Source of the DNA: Ranitomeya imitator
Taxonomy: Eukaryota
Assembly: GCF_032444005.1 (NCBI RefSeq)
Contig: NC_091291.1
Location: 10,788,001-10,834,932, forward strand
DNA length: 46,932 bases
Direction of reading: 5' to 3'
Position numbers and translations under genes: made by a program. Below the pieces are notes generated by a model. The model was not told the DNA's origin. It ran no database searches and was given only the letters and a program-made list of their open reading frames with translations. Within the stretch, counting starts at the first letter, position 1; each line of letters starts with the position of its first letter. Shown here piece by piece: positions 35,601-46,932 of this stretch.

Positions 35601-38600
35601 TCCTCAAAAGCAAGACATCATGCCGCGATCCAAAGAAATTTCTGGAACAAATGAGAAACAAAGTAATTGAGATCCATCAGTCTGGAGAAGGGTTATAAAG
35701 CCATTCCCAAAAGCTTTCGGACTCCAGCAAACCACAGCGAGAGCTTAAGAAAAACAAAATTAAGACTTGGCAAAGTCCTGACCTTAATCAGATTGAGATG
35801 CTGTGGCGGATCTTAAAAAGGCGGTTCATTCTCGGAAACCCTCCAATGTGGTTGAATTACAACAATTCTGCAGAGATGAGTGGGCCAAAATTCCTCCAGA
35901 GCGTTGTAAAAGACTCATTGCCAGTTATTGCAGACTCTGGATTGATAAGAGGCCCAACCAGTTATTAGGGTTAGGGAGCAATCACTTTTTCACGCAGGGC
36001 CCTGTAGGTTTGGATTTCTTTTTCCCTCAATAATAAAGCCCTTCATTTATAAACTGCCTTTTGTGTTCACTTGTGTTATCTTTGTCTAATATTTACATTT
36101 CTTTATGGATCTGAAACATTTAAGTGTAAGTGTGACAAAAAAAAGGTAATCAGGAACAGCAAAATCACTTTTTCTCATCCAGTAAAGTTCCTATTTACAG
36201 TGTAAAAGAGGGAGTACTCCCACCTACAGAAAGTGCCCCTATTAAGAATGTAAGGAAGAGAGTACACCCAGCTGAGTGCCTTGAAAATAGTGCCAGCCAA
36301 AATATGGATACCGGGACACTGACACGCAGAGAGTGCCCCATAAACAGTGCCAGCCACTGATTGCATGCTGTCATAAAGAGAGTGCCCCATAAACAGTGTT
36401 AGGCCTCTTTCAGATGTCATGTGAATGGGTCTGTGCACATGTCAGTGTGTTTTTATGGACCGTGTGTCCGTGGGCAAAATACCTTGACATGTCCATTTTT
36501 TACCAGCAAAACATCCCACACACGTGCACACTGATGACACACAGATGACATCCATGTGTCATCAGTATCACACGTACTGGCGCCAGGGAAGCAGCGGTAC
36601 AGTTAGCGCTGTTCCCCGGCACCTGATGCTGAAGACGGCTCTCATCATTCTCCCCTGCTCTGACGGCGATCAGCGGGAGCAGGGGAGAATGGTGAGAGTT
36701 ATATTCAATTGATTACAGTGAGAGCAGGTGGCAGCTGATGGGACTACTACTCCCATCAGCCTACACCTGCTACCACTAATAAATTTAAGAAAAACGGAGC
36801 GGGTTCCCCTGTATTTTTGATAACCAGTCAAGGCATAACTGACAGCTGGGGGCTGCAACATTCAGCTGTCGGAGTTAGCAAGGCTGGTTATCAAGAATTG
36901 AGGGGTCCTCATGCTGTTTTTTAAATTATTTAAATAAATAAATAAATGGCATGGGGTCCCCCTAATTTTGGACAACCAGCTGGGGGCTGGTATTCTCAGG
37001 CTGGTTGAACTGCAGTGACCTCAGCACCATGAGAAAAAGTCAATGAGTTCACCGCAGTTAAAAAAAAACAAAACAGCGTGGGTTAACCTGCATTTTTGAT
37101 AACCAGCCAGGCAAAACTGACAGCTGCGGGCTGCAACCTTCAGCAAGGCTAGTTATCAAGAATAGAGGGGACCCCATGCCATATTTTTTTTTAATTATTT
37201 AAATCATTTTTTTTAAAAACGGCGTGGGGTCCTCACCATTTTTGACAATCAGCCTTGCTAAAGCAGACAGCTGGGGGCTAGCATTCTCAGGCTGTTAAGG
37301 GGCCATGGATATTGATGCCCCCAGCCTAAAAATAGCAGCCCGCAGCTGCCCAGAAAAGGCACATCAATTAGATGCGCCAATTCTGGTGCTTTGCGGGCTC
37401 TTTGCCCGCAGCTGTCAGTTTTGCCTGGCTGGTTATCAAAAATACAGAGGAAACCACGCGCTGCTCGGCGTCAGAGCAGGATAGAATGATGAGAGCCATC
37501 TTCAGCACCCGGCACCGGGGGAACAGCGCTAACTGTACCGCTGCTTCCCTGGCACCTATACAGGTCCTTCTCAAAAAATTAGCATATAGTGTTAAATTTC
37601 ATTATTTACCATAATGTAATGATCACAATTAAACTTTCATATATTATAGATTCATTATCCATCAACTGAAATTTGTCACGTCTTTTATTGTTTTAATACT
37701 GATGATTTTGGCATACAACTCCTGATAACCCAAAAAACCTGTCTCAATAAATTAGCATATCAAGAAAAGGTTCTCTAAACGACCTATTACCCTAATCTTC
37801 TGAATCAACTAATTAACTCTAAACACATGCAAAAGATACCTGAGGCTTTTATAAACTCCCTGCCTGGTTCATTACTCAAAACCCCCATCATGGGTAAGAC
37901 TAGCGACCTGACAGATGTCAAGAAGGCCATCATTGACACCCTCAAGCAAGAGGGTAAGACCCAGAAAGAAATTTCTCAACAAATAGGCTGTTCCCAGAGT
38001 GCTGTATCAAGGCACCTCAATGGTAAGTCTGTTGGAAGGAAACAATGTGGCCGAAAACGCTGTACAACGAGAAGAGGAGACCGGACCCTGAGGAAGATTG
38101 TGGAGAAGGACCGATTCCAGACCTTGGGGAACCTGAGGAAGCAGTGGACTGAGTCTGGTGTGGAAACATCCAGAGCCACCGTGCACAGGCGTGTGCAGGA
38201 AATGGGCTACAGGTGCCGCATTCCCCAGGTAAAGCCACTTTTGAACCATAAACAGCGGCAGAGGCGCCTGACCTGGGCTACAGAGAAGCAGCACTGGACT
38301 GTTGCTAAGTGGTCCCAAGTACTTTTTTCTGATGAAAGCAAATTTTGCATGTCATTCGGAAATCAAGGTGCCAGAGTCTGGAGGAAGACTGGGGAGAAGG
38401 AAATGCCAAAATGCCTGAAGTCCAGTGTCAAGTACCCACAGTCAGTGATGGTGTGGGGTGCCATGTCAGCTGCTGGTGTTGGTCCACTGTGTTTCATCAA
38501 GGGCAGGGTCAATGCAGCTAGCTATCAGGAGATTTTGGAGCACTTCATGCTTCCATCGGCTGAAATGCTTTATGGAGATGAAGATTTCATTTTTCAGCAC

Positions 38601-39925
38601 GACCTGGCACCTGCTCACAGTGCCAAAACCACTGGTAAATGGTTTACTGACCATGGTATTACTGTGCTCAATTGGCCTGCCAACTCTCCTGACCTGAACC
38701 CCATAGAGAATCTGTGGGATATTGTGAAGAGAAAGTTGAGAGACGCAAGACCCAACACTCTGGATGAGCTTAAGGCCGCTATTGAAGCATCCTGGGCCTC
38801 CATAACCTCTCAGCAGTGTCACAGGCTGATTGCCTCCATGCCACGCCGCATTGAAGCAGTCATTTCTGCCAAAGGATTCCCCACCAAGTATTGAGTGCAT
38901 AACTGAACATTATTATTTGATGGGTTTTTTGTTTGTTATTAAAAAACACTTTTATTTGATTGGATGGGTGAAATATGCTAATTTATTGAGACAGGTTTTT
39001 TGGGTTATCAGGAGTTGTATGCCAAAATCATCAGTATTAAAACAATAAAAGACCTGACAAATTTCAGTTGGTGGATAATGAATCTATAATATATGAAAGT
39101 TTAATTGTAATCATTACATTATGGGAAATAATGAAATTTAACACTATATGCTAATTTTTTGAGAAGGACCTGTACATGTGGTACTAGTACAGTACTAGTC
39201 AGAAAGCGATCCTATAAAGACTGGAAATCCAGAGTGCCCCACTCACGCCCAAAAAGCGTTATCAAGACAGTTTCCTCACTCCCAAAACTTCCAGAAATAA
39301 AACATCATTCTGTATCGGACAAACAAAATTCCAGCCAGGCGCTGGATATTGGGTGGATATTCCCCCTAAAAACCCACTTGACCAGTTCTGTTAATGAGGG
39401 GCTGCTGCCCTTTACTGATCAGTGATGGTGGACTTACGTAACAACTCCTGTAAATTTCCTTGAAGAAGGTAAATGAATGTGAGAATGGGATGAGGTCGGT
39501 GCCGCCATCGTCCTCGGTTTCAGTGACCAGGTCGTTGTGAGCTTCACCATAGGGATAAAGGAGCGAGCCTGGAGGGGAGACAGAGACAGGGGCAATGGGC
39601 AAAGCTTCCCAAATGTGCACCCGACACCTGATAAATGACCCCCAAATGTCTGATGGTTCTCCGTAAGGAGCTGCCACATACGGTACCTTGTTGTGGGTAT
39701 GCCATGGAGAAAGCTGACGGCAGCGCTGGAAAACAAGTGTGAACAGAGTTATTAGTACGTGGGAACCTAAAGCAGCGAATATGAAGGTTGTTTATTATCC
39801 TCGGTTAATTTTAGGGTCACTGGCCCTTTAAGAAAAAGTCAAGTATATTATATATTCAAAGTTTTGCCCATGAGCCGCTGTCACTTACCCAGGAGCAGGA
39901 GCATCCAACAGTCCCAGGTTTTCAT
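32671..39925 (-). CDS. Gene C: more divergent secreted NIDO + VWC/TILa protein, 316 aa (318 if the upstream ATG at 39931 is used)
   Basis: Minus-strand exons 39925-39889 ([12 protein letters not shown]), 39725-39687 ([13 protein letters not shown]), 39568-39438 (GSLLYPYG...[10 protein letters not shown]), 34480-34202 (VNNNGAISF...CPYWGDVDN...FIATWHEV), 34068-33931 (TNTFQVVL...[10 protein letters not shown]...GLGGTPAQ), 33600-33447 (AGFNTDT...[19 protein letters not shown]), 32843-32671 ([22 protein letters not shown]...[11 protein letters not shown]). All AG/GT, same phases as A and B; 951 nt. Confidence 0.92.
34600..35340 (-). mobile_element. Degenerate L1/Tx1-like ORF2 C-terminal fragment
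   Basis: [11 protein letters not shown]... and ...DLS...[13 protein letters not shown]...PDPEHCLI resemble the L1 C-terminal ISxxYxxL and HxxWxCxxxxxFWxxV...PxxCLL segments; the zinc-knuckle residues are decayed. Confidence 0.4.
35365..36183 (+). mobile_element. Internally deleted, degenerate Tc1 element of the Frog Prince type
   Basis: Frameshifted [27 protein letters not shown] at 35620-35745 joined to the C-terminus [34 protein letters not shown]; IR/DR remnants (GGCCCTGTG..AAAAA / TTTTTCACGCAGGGCC). Confidence 0.82.
36401..37558. mobile_element. Palindromic MITE (T2/Kolobok-like end AGGCCTCTTTCA); right arm interrupted by Tc1
   Basis: Inverted arms 36577-36668 (GGCGCCAGGGAAGCAGCGGTACAGTTAGCGCTGTTCCCC...) and ~37465-37557; internal inverted and direct repeats (GGTTATCAA, GACAGCTG). 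Confidence 0.75.
37561..39172 (+). mobile_element. Full-length Tc1-family transposon (1612 bp), a second family, in gene C intron 4
   Basis: 200-bp TIRs (37561-37760 / 38973-39172, CAGGTCCTTCTCAAAAAATTAGCATA), TA duplication on both sides, intact ORF. Confidence 0.97.
37890..38894 (+). CDS. Tc1 transposase, 334 aa, intact DD34E
   Basis: The real start is probably MGKTSDL at 37890 (the ORF track begins at 37827). FSDESKF, QHD-(34 aa)-[12 protein letters not shown]. Confidence 0.95.
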   Translation: MGKTSDLTDVKKAIIDTLKQEGKTQKEISQQIGCSQSAVSRHLNGKSVGRKQCGRKRCTTRRGDRTLRKIVEKDRFQTLGNLRKQWTESGVETSRATVHRRVQEMGYRCRIPQVKPLLNHKQRQRRLTWATEKQHWTVAKWSQVLFSDESKFCMSFGNQGARVWRKTGEKEMPKCLKSSVKYPQSVMVWGAMSAAGVGPLCFIKGRVNAASYQEILEHFMLPSAEMLYGDEDFIFQHDLAPAHSAKTTGKWFTDHGITVLNWPANSPDLNPIENLWDIVKRKLRDARPNTLDELKAAIEASWASITSQQCHRLIASMPRRIEAVISAKGFPTKY

Positions 39926-40041
39926 GTCCATGATTGATTCCCCACTGAAACACAGGCTGATGAGAGTGGTTGGTGCACAATGATAGGAAGCGCAGAACCC
40001 GAGAGAGTAATGTGACGAGCGACGAGTCCCGGAGCCACGAA

Positions 40042-40048
40042 TTATATA
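40042..40048 (-). promoter_or_regulatory. Candidate TATA box of gene C
   Basis: TATATAA in a CpG-rich stretch ~120 nt upstream of the ATG; no clear non-coding exon 1 found. Confidence 0.3.
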
Positions 40049-40371
40049 ATGTACAGAAATAACGAATAATAAAGGACGGTAATCATCATTCCGAGGAAAA
40101 GCCGCAGTCACCAAAGCTGCATCGTTACTGCACAGTGTGAACCAGGACCAGAAACATCAAGGCGGCTCCTGCTGGAGGAGAAACCAGCGGCATCCACAGA
40201 CTGGTGACACCGTCCATTACTGTGTGCCCCAAATACGCCCCAAACACGCCCCAGAGCGCTGCGTCACTGCGACACGTGTCCAGAACAAAGAATCGGACGT
40301 ATCCAAAGCATCTAAGAAACATGGAGTACAAAATGCAGAATTCTGCTGAACTCAGCACAGGAAATGTCCTA

Positions 40372-43300
40372 GTGTATCTAATCCTCTCCTGTATGATACT
40401 GACGGCTGAGCCGTGTATCTAATCCTATCCTGTGTGATACTGACTGCTGAGCCGTGTATCTAATCCTCTCCTGTATGATACTGACGGCTGAGCCGTGTAT
40501 CTAATCCTATCCTGTGTGATACTGACTGCTGAGCTGTGTATCTAATCCTCTCCTGTATGATACTGACGGCTGAGCCGTGTATCTAATCCTCTCCTGTGTG
40601 ATACTGACTGCTGAGCCGTGTATCTAATCCTCTCCTGTATGATACTGACGGCTGAGCCGTGTATCTAATCCTATCCTGTGTGATACTGACTGCTGAGCTG
40701 TGTATCTAATCCTCTCCTGTATGATACTGACGGCTGAGCCGTGTATCTAATCCTATCCTGTGTGATACTGACTGCTGAGCTGTGTATCTAATCCTCTCCT
40801 GTATGATACTGACGGCTGAGCCGTGTATCTAATCCTATCCTGTGTGATACTGACTGCTGAGCTGTGTATCTAATCCTCTCCTGTATGATACTGACGGCTG
40901 AGCCGTGTATCTAATCCTCTCCTGTATGATACTGACGGCTGAGCCGTGTATCTAATCCTCTCCTGTGTGATACTGACTGCTGAGCCGTGTATCTAATCCT
41001 ATCCTGTGTGATACTGACTGCTGAAATGTGTATCTAATCCTATCCTGTGTGATACTGACGGCTGAGCCGTGTATCTAATCCTCTCCTGTGTGATACTGAC
41101 TGCTGAGCTGTGTATCTAATCCTATGCTGTGTGATACTGACGGCTGAGCCGTGTATCTAATCCTCTCCAGTATGATACTGACTGCTGAGCTGTGTATCTA
41201 ATCCTATGCTGTATGATACTGACGGCTGAGCCGTGTATCTAATCCTCTCCTGTGTGATACTGACTGCTGAGCCGTGTATCTAATCCTCTCCTGTGTGATA
41301 CTGACTGCTGAGCCGTGTATCTAATACTAAGCTGTATGATACTGACTGCTGAGCCGTGTATCTAATCCTCTCCTGTGTGATACTGACTGCTGAGCCGTGT
41401 ATCTAATCCTCTCCTGTGGGATACTGACTGCTGAGCCGTGTATCTAATCCTCTCCTGTGTGATACTGACTGCTGAGCCGTGTATCTAATCCTATGCTGTA
41501 TGATACTGACTGCTGAGCCGTGTATCTAATCCTCTCCTGTGTAATACTGTCTGCTGAACCATGTATCTAATCCTCTCCTGTGGGATACTGACTGCTGAGC
41601 CGTGTATCTAATCCTAAGCTGTATGATACTGACTGCTGAGCCGTGTATCTAATCCTCTCCTGTGTGATACTGACTGCTGAGCCGTGTATCTAATCCTCTC
41701 CTGTGTGATACTGACTGCTGAGCCGTGTATCTAATCCTCTGCTGTGTGATACTGTCTGCTGAGCCGTGTATCTAATCCTCTCCTGTGTGATACTGACTGC
41801 TGAGCCGTGTATCTAATCCTCTCCTGTGTGATACTGACTGCTGAGCCGTGTATCTAATCCTCTGCTGTGTGATACTGACTGCTGAGCCGTGTATCTAATC
41901 CTATGCTGTATGATACTGACGGCTGAGCCGTGTATCTAATCCTCTCCAGTATGATACTGACTGCTGAGCTGTGTATCTAATTCTGTCCTGTGTGATACTG
42001 ACTGCTGAGCCGTGTATCTAATACTAAGCTGTATGATACTGACTGCTGAGCCGTGTATCTAATCCTCTCCTGTGTGATACTGACTGCTGAGCCGTGTATC
42101 TAATCCTCTCCTGTGGGATACTGACTGCTGAGCCGTGTATCTAATCCTCTCCTGTGTGATACTGACTGCTGAGCCGTGTATCTAATCCTATGCTGTATGA
42201 TACTGACTGCTGAGCCGTGTATCTAATCCTCTCCTGTGTAATACTGTCTGCTGAACCATGTATCTAATCCTCTCCAGTATGATACTGACTGCTGAGCTGT
42301 GTATCTAATTCTGTCCTGTGTGATACTGTCTGCTGAGCCGTGTATCTAATACTAAGCTGTATGATACTGACTGCTGAGCCGTGTATCTAATCCTCTCCTG
42401 TGTGATACTGACTGCTGAGCCGTGTATCTAATCCTCTCCTGTGGGATACTGACTGCTGAGCCGTGTATCTAATCCTAAGCTGTATGATACTGACTGCTGA
42501 GCCGTGTATCTAATCCTCTCCTGTGTGATACTGACTGCTGAGCCGTGTATCTAATCCTCTCCTGTGTGATACTGACTGCTGAGCCGTGTATCTAATCCTC
42601 TCCTGTGTGATACTGACTGCTGAGCCGTGTATCTAATCCTCTGCTGTGTGATACTGTCTGCTGAGCCGTGTATCTAATCCTCTCCTGTGTGATACTGTCT
42701 GCTGAGCCGTGTATCTAATCCTCTCCTGTGTGATACTGACTGCTGAGCCGTGTATCTAATCCTCTCCTGTGTGATACTGACTGCTGAGCCGTGTATCTAA
42801 TCCTGTCCTGTGTGATACTGACTGCTGAGCCGTGTATCTCATCCTCTCCTGTGTGATACCGTCTGCGGAGCTGTGTATCTAATCCTATCCTGTGTAACTG
42901 ACTGCTGAGCCGTGTATCTAATCCTATTGTGTGTGATACTGTCTGCTGAGCTGTATATCTTATCCTCTCCTGTGTGATGCTGACTGCTGAGCTGTATCTA
43001 ATCTTTTCATTTGTGATACCGTCTGCTGAGCTGTGTATCTAATCCTCTCCTGTGTGATACTCTCTGCTGCGCTTTGTATCTAATCCTCTCCTTTGTGATA
43101 CTGTCTGCTGAGCCATGTATCTAATCCTCTCCTGTATGATACTGTCTGCTGAGCCGTGTATCTAATCCTATCCTGTGTGATACTGTCTGTTGAGCCGTGT
43201 ATCTAATCCTATCCTGTGTGATACTGACTGCTGAGCCGTGTATCTAATCCTATCCTGTGTGATACCGTCTGCTGAACTGTTTATCTAATCCTACCCTGTG

Positions 43301-46178
43301 TGATACTGACTGCTGAGCCGTGTATCTAATCCTCTCCTGTGTGATACTGTCTGCTGAGCCGTGTATCTAATCCTCTGCTGTGTGATACTGTCTGCTGAGC
43401 CGTGTATCTAATCCTCTCCTGTGTGATACTGACTGCTGAGCCGTGTATCTAATCCTCTCCTGTGTGATACTGACTGCTGAGCCGTGTATCTAATCCTCTC
43501 CTGTGTGATACTGACTGCTGAGCTGTGTATCTAATCCTCTCCTGTGTGATACTGTCTGCTGAGCCGTGTATATAATCCTCTCCTGTGTGATACAGTCTGC
43601 TGAGCCGTGTATCTAATCCTCTCCTGTGTGATACTGACTGCTGAGCCGTTTATCTAATCCTCTCCTGTGTGATACTGTCTGCTGAGCCGTGTATCTAATC
43701 CTATCCTGTGTGATACCGTCTGCTGAACTGTTTATCTAATCCTACCCTGTGTGATACTGACTGCTGAGCCGTGTATCTAATCCTATCCTGTGTGATACTG
43801 TCTGCTGAGCTGTGTATCTAATCCTCTCCTGTGTGATACTGTCTGCTGAGCCGTGTATCTAATCCTCTCCTGTGTGATACTGTCTGCTGAGCCGTGTATC
43901 TAATCCTCTACTGTGTGATACTGACTGCTGAGCCGTGTATCTAATACTCTCCTGTGTGATACTGACTGCTGAGCCTTGTATCTAATCCTCTCCTGTGTGA
44001 TACTGACTGCTGAGCCGTGTATCTAATCCTCTCCTGTGTGATACTGACTGCTGAGCTGTGTATCTAATCCTCTCCTGTGTGATACTGTCTGCTGAGCCGT
44101 GTATCTAATCCTCTCCTGTGTGATACAGTCTGCTGAGCCGTGTATCTAATCCTCTCCTGTGTGATACTGACTGCTGAGCCGTGTATCTAATCCTCTCCTG
44201 TGTGATACTGTCTGCTGAGCCGTGTATCTAATCCTATCCTGTGTGATACTGACTGCTGAGCCGTGTATCTAATCCTCTCCTGTGTGATACTGTCTGCTGA
44301 GCCGTGTATCTAATCCTCTCCTGTGTGATACTGACTGCTGAGCCGTGTATCTAATCCTCTTCTGTGTGATACTGTCTGCTGAGCCGTGTATCTAATCCTA
44401 TCCTGTGTGATACTGACTGCTGAGCCGTGTATCTAATCCTCTCCTGTGTGATACTGTCTGCTGAGCCGTGTATCTAATCCTCTCCTGTGTGATACTGACT
44501 GCTGAGCCGTGTATCTAATCCTCTCCTGTGTGATACTGTCTGCTGAGCCGTGTATCTAATCCTCTCCTGTGTGATACTGACTGCTGAGCCGTGTATCTAA
44601 TCCTCTCCTGTGTGATACTGTCTGCTGAGCCGTGTATCTAATCCTCTCCTGTGTGATACTGACTGCTGAGCCGTGTATCTAATCCTCTCCTGTGTGATAC
44701 TGTCTGCTGAGCCGTGTATCTAATCCTCTCCTGTGTGATACTGACTGCTGAGCCGTGTATGTAATCCTCTCCTGTGTGATACTGTCTGCTGAGCCGTGTA
44801 TCTAATCTTATCCTGTGTGATACTGACTGCTGAGCCGTGTATCTAATCCTCTCCTGTGTGATACTGACTGCTGAGCCGTGTATCTAATCCTCTCCTGTGT
44901 GATACTGACTGCTGAGCCGTGTATCTAATCCTCTCCTGTGTGATACTGTCTGCTGAGCCGTGTATCTAATCCTCTCCTGTGTGATACTGACTGCTGAGCC
45001 GTGTATCTAATCCTCTTCTGTGTGATACTGTCTGCTGAGCCGTGTATCTAATCCTATCCTGTGTGATACTGACTGCTGAGCCGTGTATCTAATCCTCTCC
45101 TGTGTGATACTGTCTGCTGAGCCGTGTATCTAATCCTCTCCTGTGTGATACTGACTGCTGAGCCGTGTATCTAATCCTCTCCTGTGTGATACTGTCTGCT
45201 GAGCCGTGTATCTAATCCTCTCCTGTGTGATACTGACTGCTGAGCCGTGTATCTAATCCTCTCCTGTGTGATACTGTCTGCTGAGCCGTGTATCTAATCC
45301 TCTCCTGTGTGATACTGACTGCTGAGCCGTGTATCTAATCCTCTCCTGTGTGATACTGTCTGCTGAGCCGTGTATCTAATCCTCTCCTGTGTGATACTGA
45401 CTGCTGAGCCGTGTATGTAATCCTCTCCTGTGTGATACTGTCTGCTGAGCCGTGTATCTAATCTTATCCTGTGTGATACTGACTGCTGAGCCGTGTATCT
45501 AATCCTCTCCTGTGTGATACTGACTGCTGAGCCGTGTATCTAATCCTCTCCTGTGTGATACTGACTGCTGAGCCGTGTATCTAATCCTCTCCTGTGTGAT
45601 ACTGTCTGCTGAGCCGTGTATCTAATCTTATCCTGTGTGATACTGACTGCTGAGCCGTGTATCTAATCCTCTCCTGTGTGATACTGACTGCTGAGCCGTG
45701 TATCTAATCCTCTCCTGTGTGATACTGACTGCTGAGCCGTGTATCTAATCCTCTCCTGTGTGATACTGTCTGCTGAGCCGTGTATCTAATCCTATCCTGT
45801 GTGATACTGACTGCTGAGCCGTGTATCTAATCCTCTCCTGTGTGATACTGTCTGCTGAGCCGTGTATCTAATCCTCTCCTGTGTGATACTGACTGCTGAG
45901 CCGTGTATCTAATCCTCTCCTGTGTGATACTGTCTGCTGAGCCGTGTATCTAATCCTCTCCTGTGTGATACTGACTGCTGAGCCGTGTATCTAATCCTCT
46001 CCTGTGTGATACTGACTGCTGAGCCGTGTATCTAATCCTCTCCTGTGTGATACTGACTGCTGAGCTGTGTATCTAATCCCATCATGTGTGATACTGACTG
46101 CTGAGCCGTGTATCTAATCCCATCATGTGTGATACTGACTGCTGAGCCGTGTATCTAATCCCATCATGTGTGATACAG
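40372..46178. repeat. 41-bp satellite (GTGTATCTAATCCTCTCCTGTGTGATACTGACTGCTGAGCC), ~141 copies
   Basis: Period 41 read directly; rare variants reveal 8-, 11-, 16- and 17-mer block duplications. Confidence 0.98.
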
Positions 46179-46932
46179 TCTTGATGAACCCCATCGTGGG
46201 ATGTAAATTATATTTCCATAAATCAATATCTGCATCAATCAGAAATCGTCAGAATCTATGAGATCAATAGAAGCACAAATGAATGAGGCCGGAATGTGCG
46301 AGTAACAGGCGGAGCTGATACATTGTATCATTGTCACTGCTCGTGTTCTATTTGTAAATAACAATGTGACTGATACATAATAACATTACCAGAACTCCAG
46401 CTTGTGCTGAAACTGACTTGTGTGAGTTTTGCTTCTCCATTCACATCCAAAGCTGCAACAAGAATTTGCAGCTTTGCAAAGAGCCCTGTATATAATGTCC
46501 TAGAATCTAGAAGCAGCTCTGGATGTGAGTGGAGAAGAAAAACCATCTAATTACTTAACCAAAGTCAGTAATGCTGAAAGTTTATAAATTTAGAGATGTA
46601 GCAGAGCTGAAAGCTTTGTTCATCCACAAAGAAAAAAAACTTTATCAGTCTCCCCATACTAGTGCTGACCTCTAGGACTGCATGCACACAGAGATTGCGG
46701 AGCAGAGACTGACCTATCCTCCTCCAAACACATAAAAAACTCCGGAAAACTTGGCCCATTTTCTGCTCTGAAAATTCATCAAAAAAGACTCTGTGTGCTC
46801 CTGGCCTTATAGGCAAGTAGAGCCATTGGTGGGAATGCAAAATCAGCACCCTGATAATGTGGTAGCTTAACCCCTGCGCGTCACAAATCCCAACCATCAG
46901 CGCCCCTGTGATGCACGTGCAATGTGAATTTT

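Noticed and set aside
46565-46897. 110-aa minus-strand ORF at the window end
   Set aside because: No recognisable motif or convincing splice context; cannot be supported without a search.

Overview
Repeat-rich vertebrate genomic DNA, most likely from an anuran (frog); the taxon is inferred from the repeat landscape. By reading splice sites by hand I reconstructed four multi-exon host genes. (1) The first three coding exons of a secreted trypsin/kallikrein-like S1 protease on the minus strand; it runs off the left edge. (2-4) A cluster of three intact paralogues (A +, B +, C -), each encoding a ~316-320 aa secreted protein made only of signal peptide + NIDO domain + one alpha-tectorin-type VWC/TILa cysteine module. 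Each stops 0-1 codons after a conserved ninth, probably unpaired, Cys, so they look like 'mini-tectorins' without VWD/ZP domains. A and B form an acidic/basic pair, show signs of gene conversion over exons 7-8, and share promoter blocks and intronic CTCF-like motifs. Mobile DNA: two intact Tc1 (DD34E) transposons, a Frog Prince-like deletion derivative, a mariner fragment, a decayed chromodomain Ty3/Gypsy element with only its 3' LTR, a related solo-LTR-like piece, a V-SINE, CR1 and L1-like fragments, and MITEs. There are at least seven tandem arrays; one 40-bp array is demonstrably an amplified CR1 reverse-transcriptase motif (SGVPQGSVLAP). Two tandem minimal hammerhead-ribozyme motifs of the Penelope-associated type lie in protease intron 2. 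Three N gaps fall in gene A's last intron. Family assignments come from motif recognition, not database searches.
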